From positions 27,528,001 through 27,592,000 of the forward strand of contig OX638160.1 in assembly GCA_951804945.1 (NCBI GenBank): 64,000 nucleotides of DNA, read 5' to 3'. The notes beneath the pieces were generated by a model. That model was given only the letters and a program-made list of their open reading frames with translations, did no database searches and was not told the DNA's origin. The position numbers were made by a program, and so were the translations under genes. Source of the DNA: Podarcis cretensis. Its lineage: Eukaryota. Of the stretch, positions 37,801-48,700 are shown in pieces; position 1 is the stretch's first letter, and every line of letters begins with the position of its first letter.

Positions 37801-40800
37801 TGCAGCAGAGAGTGTGGATGTGAGAGATCATCTGCAAAGCAGAATGCAGCAGTTGGGATAGCAGGGAAAACCTTCGTACTATCAAGCCCCTGGTATTCTA
37901 TTGGCGCCGCAGTATGAGACAAGGATGAGGGTACCATGTACTATTTTAGCATGAAGGGAGGAGAAGAGGCAAATATACTAGTGCCTCTCCTCCCGGTAAG
38001 AAAGGGGGAATTGGTTTGGTTAACTGGAGGCGCCCTGACAAGCATGAGAGCGGCTTGTTTATAAGGTCCCACCCAGTGTGCTTTTAGGTTTTGGAAACTC
38101 CCAGACTTGACACAGATCACCCTTCAGCTATCTTTCAGTGAAATTGTTTTGATACCTCTGATATTTATGTTCTGTAGTTGTAAGAATTATGGCCTCCTTT
38201 TCATGTACAGTTGTACCTTGGAAGTCAAATGGAATACGTTCTGGAAGTCCGTTCGACTTCCAAAATGTTTGGAAACCAAAGCGCAGTTTCTAATTGGCTA
38301 CAGTAAGCTCCTGCAGCCAATCAGAAGCCACAGAAGCCCCATCAGATGTTCGGCTTTCAAAAATAGTTTGCAAACCGCAGCAGTTACTTCCGGGTTTGCG
38401 GCATTCGGGAGCCAAAACGTTCGAGAACTCAGCTGTTTGAAAACCAAGGTATGACTGTACTTGCCACTTTTGAGAAACGATATTGATGATGTTATCTATT
38501 AATATTGGATTGCTTTGGAAAGTTTCATTGTATCTGTGACTCTGATGGGTGTTTTAACAATGGACACATCTTAGGAGAAGAAATGTCACCTAGTGCTTCA
38601 CCTTTTAAATTTTCTTTTTAGCATTTCTGTGGAATCACAGGAAAATGAAGTTAAGCAGAATGGGAAGAATGCTAAAAGTGATCATCAACAATGTACAGAA
38701 AACCCTGAAGAGGTACTGTAGATTACTCTGGATTTTTACTTTTTTCCAGCATACTTTTTAGTGTTTACAAATAAGAGATCCTCATCAACATAAACCACAC
38801 ACAAGCACACACAAAACTTGTAAACAGATTTCATCTGGGATTAACTGATTTGCAGTGATCTAACTACCTTCAGCTTTATTTAAGTAGATTTGGGCCTCTT
38901 GAGCAAATGATAATACTGTAAAGTGATTTCATACTTGGTCAGGAGATTCTCCTCACTCTTAATAACTTCTATTTGATTCCGAGATAGAACACTCAGCATG
39001 TGTTTCAAAAGGGTAATGTGCTGTGTTAATTCTGCTGCAGCAAAAAAACAGGGCTTTGTGGTATGGGCTGTTATTACCTACAATATGAGATGCAGGATGA
39101 GTCACTGCTGAGCCCCTACAAAAACCTGTGCTTTAGCCAGTAAAAGAGCTGCTATTATATTACTTGTAGAAATCAGTGTTGTATACTTTGAAAGTCTATG
39201 CCTGGCCATCACCTTGCTTCACGCTGAAGGCATAGCTTATAATATGTACAGTTAACCTTTTAGAATAGTCAAAAGTGATTTTCTTTTTTTTAAAAAAAAA
39301 TCTTTAAAAATGAATACATTTCCTGTTTCTGTTTGTTTGTTTTTTTAATGTATATATAGCTCACTAATGACATTGCTGTTACTGAATTTCTGGAAGAACA
39401 GTACCAAGAAAAATTACTGCAAGAAGTAGCAAAGGTACCATCTTTCTTGGGCAATATATTGGGGCTTAATTCAGAATCATGCCAAAACATGGTTAAGGAA
39501 GGTTTACTATAGTTTGGCATTACATCTAAACTGACAGACAGTGTATATAGGCCAACCAGAGAGCCAACTGCCTGTAAATACAGGAGTGCTGAGCAAACAA
39601 GACTGGCAAACAGTGTAAAGCATCATTTATGTGGTAGTTTAAAACAGGGTTGGGGAACCTAAGGCTGGGGGGTGGGTTGTCAAATGAATCCCTTCAAGCC
39701 TTTCTGTTCCACACTTGAGAGTCTCCCAGGGCCATACGCCTCATCAGCCCTGCACTCTCATCACAGCCTTTTGCCTAGCTTGAATGTCTCCTTGATCTGT
39801 GATGCCTAGATGAAGGAAGGAGTGATGGTAGTGGGTGATGGAGTATACAAACCTCTGGTTTTTGGGTGGCTGAAATGTGGCCAACTGTCCAAACATAAGA
39901 GTACCTCCATTACTTCACCCAGATTTGCCTTTGTGTCAGCTGACCATTGGCATGTGATTTCCTGTGCCCTACAAGTTGTCCGTGAGGAAATGCATCTCAT
40001 GGTCTGGAAAACTTTCTCCAGACATGATTCAGACTGTAGTTTGGCTTCTTAACTATGGTTAGCACAAATCATGGTTTGATATAAACTGAACTGAGTCAAG
40101 AAGTACTCCTGTCAGTGCTGTGTGTATTGTGGAATACTTTGAGGAGTATGTTTTGCCTTATAAGCAAGTCCTTATATAGATATTGCCCGTTGTACTACTT
40201 CAACATCCCTTTAGCTAATTCCTGTTAACCCATGTATATTTCTGCCATTTATCAAATGTTACAAATGATTAAAAATAAAAATCATTTGTTTTGTTGAATA
40301 CTTGTTATAATATGTATAATGCAAGCTTAATTTTACGCTGTCACTGATCATTCATTGATCTATATGGAAATCTAAAGTAGCTCCTCTCTTTCTCTCACTC
40401 TCAATTTGTTATTTATTAAGGTGGTGGTAACCATGAGCGTTGAGTTTGCACAGAAAAATGAACTAGCAAGGATTGCAAATCTAAAGGAAGAAGAAATGTT
40501 ATCGGTAGTACCAATAGAAACTCAGCAAGAAAATAATTTCACTAGAAAGGAATGTCTTGAAAAATTCGATAGTGCTTCTCTTCTCATTTCGATGCCTAAT
40601 TATGAAGAATCCAAATCACTTAGCAGAGAGATCAGTGAAGAATGTGGTGAAATTTCATCACTTGAAGGACAATTTCAACCAGATGTTAAGCCTGCTAAAA
40701 CATTTGGGTTACACAACTTTGATTCAACAATCTCTTCCTTAAATAATAGAGAGCTTATGCAGAATTCATCTCTGGTAAATACAGTCAAATATATTTCAAA

Positions 40801-42402
40801 AAATTACTTTGAAAATCATAATTTGGTAAATTTTCTTTGTTCCAGGTGCATGGTTAGCAAACCACTCATTCTGTTATGCAGTACGCAATAATGCTTGAGA
40901 ATGGGGGTAGGGTGGGTACCCTGTAATTGTGGGGGTTGATATTCAGCTTGTATAGTTCAAAGCAGGCTTCCTCAACTTTGGCCCTCTAGATGTTTTTGGC
41001 CTACAACTCCCATGATCCCTAGCTAGCAGGACCAGTGGTCAGGGATGCTGGGAATTGTAGTCTCAAAGCATCTGGAGGGCCGAGGTTGAGAAAGCCTGGT
41101 TCAAACACAATAATGTAAAAAAGGACATCAAAGACTAATTCACTAAGGTTGAATCCTTTACGCTTATTTTGGAGTAGGGTTTCTTGAACTTGATGGTTCC
41201 TACTTTGAGTATATATCTATAGGATGCATGGCTTTAAACTTCTTGAGTTTTAAAATCTGATGTTTCTCACTTAATAGGCCCGTGTATTTGGTGGTATACA
41301 TGTAAAGCTGTATCTATGTAAGGTAAAAATTTTACTTCATGGAACTCATGCCATTTTTAATACTTGCTAACAAAAATTACAGATTCAAAATGAAGTTTCA
41401 ACCTCCAGCATAGTATCTTCAAATCAGAGATCATTGTATGAAGAGCGTTTGGAAGATATGCGTCAAGAGCTTGTCCGTCAGCATCAGGAACATCAGCAGG
41501 CAACAGAAATATTGAAACAGGGTCACATGAAGCAGATGGAGCTGCAGAAAGAAAACCAAGAGATCCTCCTAGCAGAGCTTGATAGGCTTAAAGTACAATT
41601 AGCAGAGGTAATGTGAGCCCTGAGACAGGAAAGATCTGGAAATATGGGCCAAAAAACCACCCTCCCCTGCCCATGGTTTTCTATAAGACTTATGACATGC
41701 ACAAACAGATGCATATTGTCAAAATAAATTAAAAAATTATCCAGTAGCACTTTAGAGACCAACTAAATTTGTTCTGGGTTTAAGCTTTTGTGTGCATGCA
41801 CACTTCTTCAGATGGTATCTAAAGAATATGCTACTGGAAAATTTTCTAAATTTATTTCGACTGCTTCAGACCAACACGGCTACCTACCTGAATCTAGATG
41901 CATATTGTGTGAAGGATACATATTTCACTTGTTTGGCTTGAAATTTCCTTTATTACTTTTTTTAAAAAAATATATACAGATAAATTGAGTAGCTTTCTTG
42001 TCACTACCAATGCGGTATTGGCAATTCTCATAAACTCAAAGAGTCTTGAGGATATTTCATGAATTGAACAGTGGTCCTTGCCTTTTACAAGCATCAGTTC
42101 TGCGGCTGCTGCACTGTACTGAACCTAAGTCATGATTTGGTTTAGTTTGTCATCCGAATCCAGGCTCATGATTTAGCTCTCTCTAGGCAACCCATGAACA
42201 GAAATTATATAGATGTCTTTGATATGAGAATGAAAAGGTTCTACGTTTTGCCTGAGATTAAATAATACCACCCCATAAAAAATGCAAATAAAGGGGTGTT
42301 TGTGTCAATCTTATGGCAGAATTGATTAAGCAGAATGAATACATTTTGTTTGCCAATATATGTTAAAGACTCTTGTGTATGTACACAGAGAGAGAGAGAG
42401 CA

Positions 42403-42463
<61 letters not shown>

Positions 42464-42734
42464 CTATCCAGACTTGCGTTCAGTGGAGTTTTATTTGCAT
42501 AGAGGAAGGGGAGCCCCAATTTCTCCTTTGCCCTTGCAGCCACCTGGAAAGCTATTCCAGAGGGCTACAGAACCCTCAAGAACAGCATAGAAGGTGGATG
42601 CAAGGGAAAGGAATAATGGGAAAAAATCACTGTGGTCCTCCTGCAGCTGAGAGTGTCTGCTGGGTTCCTTCCATGAATGCAAGTCCAGAGCCAACCCATA
42701 TACACATAAAAATATTTGTGTGTGTGTGTGTGTG

Positions 42735-42771
<37 letters not shown>

Positions 42772-45700
42772 CTGAACTGTTTATCTTAGTGTCCTAATTT
42801 TAGACTGGTTTTCACTTTAATCCTGTGACCAAAATGAACAGAATTTTTAACGGTGTCATATCTGGGACCCAGCCTTATGATTGTCAGATACAGTATATAT
42901 CTGATTCCTTTTGTGGTATTTCTAATGTTAGTGGTGTGCTCTTCTTTTTTTAGAGTGACACACTGGATAGTGAAAGCATCATCGCAGAAAGAGAACAAAT
43001 GCTTTTAGAGGAACTAGAATCACTAAAGGAGCAGCTCCTGGCAGGGAGAGAGAAGCTACCCTGTGAGCTAAAAAACAGTGGTACTCAGACACAGGTAGTG
43101 TAGACTTTGGCTGTCTTTAGAAGCTGCGGAATGTAAATGAAGTAGCCTTGCTATTGTTGCTCTTTTCAGCACAGGACATTTTCCTATTAGGTGTCAGATT
43201 TACTTAAATGGGGTTTGATTGAATAAGAAGGTGGGGCATAGGCAGCTGACATGATATTGAAAGCAAACTCTAATTTTAATGTTGCTGTAGTAACGCCCAA
43301 CAAGGAACTAAGAAACTGTTTACTTAGCACAGCAAACTTGATTCTTATAGGCTGTGACTAAACTATTTCAATCTGTAGCTTGAGGTATCTGATAACAGGA
43401 TAGTTAACTATTACTTAAATCTATATAAAGCTTGTGGATTATGGTGTGGGGGTTTTCCCCCTCCCGTTTTCATAACATGACTGTGAAGCAGAAAAGCGTG
43501 CTGATTCCAATATGACGGGATTTTTGTATCTTTTTTCCTCTCTGCCATTGCCAAAACTTACCCAGGGTGAAAATGTAAGTCAAAATGAATCCAAAGAGGA
43601 AATTGGTGAAGGTGAAGGTGAAGGAAAGCATGAAGAAACTTCTCCGGATATCCTTTCCAAAGAAAGGTATGCTGTTAAGAAGACTGAGATATTTCAGCCT
43701 GAGAAACTTTATGCTAACAGCTGGAAGAAATTGCATAACTTTGAGGCTGATAGGTCAATGTCAATGATATGTTAGCACTTTGCTAGCAGTCAAGCTATGT
43801 AATGTGACTACAGATCTGTAGATGTTTTCATCTCAAGGCATTGCTTGACTAAAATGAGCCTGGATTGGATCCTTGTCTCTTTTTACTTTGAATGCTTACG
43901 CATTAAAAACTCAGGGTGGGGTGTTAAAATTTAATTACTGAATTAAATAAGTAGCCGTATTATCACTGGAATTTGTAGTGATCGTTAGTGCCTTGTGCCA
44001 CAACTATGGCTGTGTTCTATATGTGAAACTGATTTGTCCATATACATTAAGCTCCATGATATTATTATACATTTATTCTAACCTACATTTACAGTTTGGT
44101 TTTTCGTAACAGTGATTTTGCTGGATGACAGATACAAGCTGTGTGATTACAATAAAAAGAACCATGTAATGTCGCTTGTGCTTTTCTCTGCACGATTCTC
44201 AAAGTGGTTTAAAAGTCAATCTCTCCTCCCGAGGAACTCTCAGAACCCTTAAACTATAGTTCTCATGGTTCTTTAGGAGAAGCTGGGACTATTTAAACTG
44301 GTGTAATGTTACTTTAAATGTATAGTGCAGATGGGGCCTTGGTTCTGAGCAAACATGTCCTCAAAAGTGCCCCAAAAATCTCTTAAACATGCATAAGTTG
44401 GTGCTCAAAAGATCAGTTCTATGCATGATTATTTGGGGTAGGCTCCATTTAACATAGGGGAACTTAATATACACAGGATCAAACAACAGAAAATATTTTT
44501 TTTTTTAGCCATCAAAATACTGTAAGAGCCCTCCTGGATCAGATCAAAGTTTCATCTCATCCAACATCCTGTTCTCCTTGGGAGTTGGAACCATTGAGTA
44601 TGCTAGTAAACGCTTTTGCTTATTACACTACCTGGGGGAGTCATTTAGTTCTGATGTTCCATTATCCATGGCTTTGAGTCATTAACTTTATTCATGTGGA
44701 AGTAAGTGGTATTTGGTTCAGTTTGAGTTAATATGCCAATCGCTCAACTTTCTACCGTTTGTTGCTTACTTGGATTTCGTTAAGTTTTGTCTGCAGCTTT
44801 AAACCCTGCATCTAATATTTTTGTTACCGTTGTGTAATGTGTAATTCTCAATGCACAAATTTTGATTGAGTTCGCTTTCCGTTTTCTGTTTCCAGATGTG
44901 CCTTGCAGAAAGCCAATAACAGACTGTTGAAGATTCTGTTGGAAGTCGTGAAGACGACTGTAGCTGTAGAAGAAACAATTGGCCGCCATGTTGTAGGACT
45001 TCTGGATCGCTCATCTAAATGTCAGTTACCTTTTAAAAGTCTTGCATGGGAGACCAGAGCTGAGGATTCCACAAAATCAAGCATCTGTGTGGCATACGAA
45101 GCAGGTACTTGCAATGAGGCCATGCTCTCTGTTGCTTTTATGTGGAAGCTATTTGGAATCTGTACTGACAACAACAGGTGTGTGAAGGGAACTCTAAAAT
45201 TTGGCTCTAAAACTAATTCTGTAATAAGAAACCGAAAACTGAGTTTGGATTTATATAGTTTAGGGCTTTAATTTTTAATTGGATCTTTTCCATGGAATGG
45301 AGTGGGCTCCATGATGCCATTGGTTCCATGGGATGTAAATTTCTAAGAACTTAATTGTATCTTGCTGGTTCAGGCCAGTAGTCCATCTCTTCCAGTGTCT
45401 CGTTCTCACAATGGCCAGCCAGAAGCCTGTGGGAAATCCACAACAGGATCCAAACACAAGAGCATTCTCCCCTTCTGTAGTTTCCAGCAGCTGGTATTCA
45501 GAAGCATCACTACCACCAACTGGGGATGTAGAACACAGCTCTATGTTGAAGGATGTGCTTTTGTAGGTCCCAGACAAAGACAGGGAGCTGGATAAACAAA
45601 ACCCACTACCCCGCTGTGAGAATATTGATATTTGGCAGAAATTTTGTGTGTGTGTGTGTTTGAAGTAGTGTGCTTGAACAATATAATGATTTATGCTCAA

Positions 45701-48700
45701 CATTTTTAATTCTGCAGCAGGTAGACAATTAACTGGTATCAGGCAACAACTACCATATTTTTCGCCCTATAGGACGCACTTTTCCCCCTCCAAAAATGAA
45801 GGGGAAATGTGTGTGCGTCCTATGGGGCGAATGCAGGCTTTCAGTGAAGCCTGGAGAGCGAGGGGGGTCGGTGCACACCGACCCCTCTCGCTCTCCAGGC
45901 TTTGCGGACCTCTCCGCAAGCAGCGGGAGCGCTCCCGCTGCTTGTGGAGAGTTGCCTGCGTGCTGAAGCCTGCGCGCGCTGAGCTCAGCACGTCCAGGCT
46001 TCGCGGACCTCTCAGCAAGCAGCGGGTGCGCTCCCGCTGCTTGTGGAGAGTTGCTTGCATGCTGAAGCCTGCGCGCGCTGAGCTCAGTGCGTCCAGGCTT
46101 CGTGGACCTCTCAGCAAGCAGCGGGAGCCAGCGCTGGGCTCCCACAGCTTGCAGAGAGCTGCCTGTTTGGGGGCTGGAGTTGGGGGAAGCTCGGGCGGGG
46201 AAATTCCCTGGGGGGGGGGATTTCCCCCCCCCAAAAAAAACTAGGTGCGCCTTATGGGACGGTGCGTCCTATAGGGCGAAAAATACGGTACATCTTAGTA
46301 CAAGCTTGATGACAACTCCAGTGTCTCTCTTCTGTAAGCCGCAGCAATCTCAAAGTTTGTGCGGAGAGCTTCATTTGCTCAGCTTACTTTCAAGTAGACA
46401 GGACATTATGTTCAGCCATTAATATTGCAACCTGACTTAATCACAGTTTCTTGACCTATTCCATTCCATTGTAAAGATGATATTTCTGCATCAGTGAGGA
46501 TCTCCACATACTTCTGTGTTGAATTTGCAATAAATAAATACAGTCATACTTCGGGTTGTTGTAGCTTCAGCATAAGTATTTTCGGGTTGCGTGCTGTGGC
46601 AACCCGGAAGTAACTGAGTGTGTTACTTTGTGTTTCGCCGCTCGCGCATGTGCAGACGGTCAAACTGATGTTACACACATGCGCAGAAGTGGCGAATCGC
46701 GGTGTGCAGACGTGGGTTGTGTTCACTTCTGGATGCGAATGGGGCTCCGGGACAGATCCCATTCGCATCCAGAGGTACCACTGTAAGTAAAATAGAAAAC
46801 TGAATGTATTGGGCATCAGATTATTATATTCATTCCTGATTACCAGTGCTTGAAACTAGATGCTGAAGTAGATTTCCAGACCTTAGTTAAAGAAATCTGG
46901 CTGCATTGATGCTAGCCGTGGCTGATTTTAGACATAACACTAAATGCTAGTTAACAAGACCATGGAAGAAAGGGAATAATTTGTGCAGAAGAGGGAGTAT
47001 TCCAGGTCATAGCACACTCCCAGTCTCTTAACCATAATTAACAATACTGCAACCAAATGAGACCTTAGTAATGGCTAATCAAACAGACAAAATAAAACAA
47101 GCACACACATTACCAGAAGATGGGAGCACCAGTAGGTCTTAGAACTTTAGAACATGTATCCTTGTCTATATTTACTATGGTACTGTAAACATACAGAGAT
47201 TGGGAGTTAATGTTAAGCAATAGAGTATCCTTTGTTACACTTCAACATTAAAATTTCTTGTGTGAGCATTGTCAGAGACGGAACACTGTAATATGTTGAC
47301 CAGCGGTCTTACCTCATTCTTAGTTTTACATTATGAGTGCTTTTACAGGGCCACTAAGGAAATGTTCCTACCTACATTATTACTGAAATAAAGTGAAGTG
47401 TGTTGATAAAATGCTTCTGGAAATGAACTTGCATGCTTGGCTGCCGAATATTGAAGCTAAAACGTCTTACAATTTTAATTAAATGTTTTCTATGTAACTC
47501 ATGCTGATGAGATTTACAAATTACAGTGAAATAGGACTTATGAAAATGCCAATGAAGCAATTCCCAGAGGTTTTTTTCCTATTTAATAGCCTTTTTAAAA
47601 GCCTGGGACTGCTGTGGAATAGGTAGAGTGGAGGTTGCCGTCAAATGTATGAATCTTACTCCTGAGGTATGCAACAGTCCTCTCGAAGTTTAGGTGTTTG
47701 CAAATTGCTTTGGGGTTCTCTTGTTGTTAACGTTATCTCTGTTCTATGGCATTTCTACATTATTTAGTCTTCCTGTGCTAACGAGAAAGATCATGCTGTC
47801 TTTTGCTCTGTTGTTTTTCCTTCTTCTCTCCACTCAGTGTGGTCTGCTTGCTCATGTGGCAGAATGGTGATAGGAAATTTGCACGTTGTGCCTGGTTTCC
47901 TACTGGCAGACTGACCTAGTGCCTCTGGGGATATATCAATAGGCCACCAAGAAAGGAGGTGTGGGAAGAGATTGTGTAATCAAGAAGAAAAAATCAAAAG
48001 CCCTTTTTTAAAAAAAGAAAAAGGATACTAGGACATTGGAAGAGGGTGACATGGAAAGTTATTCAGAGAAGGTTCTAACACGTTTGTGAGGATTCATTTT
48101 CCTCAAGAACCCCTGGCTGACCAGCTTTCCTTGTACATAGTGTTTGGAGATGGGGTGGCTGTGTATTTTTGTTATGATTGGTGTTGCATTGAGAAGAACT
48201 GTATATGTTTGGTATGAGAGTTTGAGTAGGTAGATTTAGGCAGATTTAGGTCTGCAAGATTTTCTTTTGGCAGGGTGGGGTTGGGAGGAAGAGTAAGAAT
48301 CTTTCCATTGTCTATTTTACCTGCCTGTGTCTCTCCCTCCCCTTTTCCTAACCCCATAGCACAGGGGTCGGCAAGGTTTACCTTGCTTGGGCCGGTTCAC
48401 TCCAACGGAGATTACCCCGTGGGCTGGATCACGCACATGCCCGCAATTTCCAGCGTCTGTGTAGGCGCCATTTCCAGCATTGCAGAAGCGAGTCCCCGCG
48501 CTGTGCTGTTCCAGTTTAGCCCAGCACGCGGGGACTCGACAAGCAGGTGGCTTGGTTCAGGGGAGGCTTGGGGGCTGGTTAAACAACCCCCTGTGGGCTG
48601 CTTGTGGCCCATGGGCCTCAGGTTGCCATAGCAGGTCAGCGATGGCTTCCAGCCACCTCCAAAGCCTCTTAAGTGTGTTGCATTTGTTTCAACCGTTGTT

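Noticed and set aside
37890-38110. TGGCGCC (PBS-like) GC-rich stretch suggesting an ERV remnant
   Set aside because: No extended tRNA complementarity, LTR boundaries or coding remnants could be identified.
42241-42789. ORFs with RERERE / THTHTH runs
   Set aside because: Translations of microsatellites.
43566-43580. Internal donor AAT|gtaagt 9 nt into exon 20
   Set aside because: Its use would be out of phase with exon 21, and the downstream peptide (SPDILSKER) is AKAP9-like.
45693-46244. Overlapping 131-183 aa ORFs on both strands
   Set aside because: Artefact of a GC-rich 99-bp tandem repeat inside a MITE.
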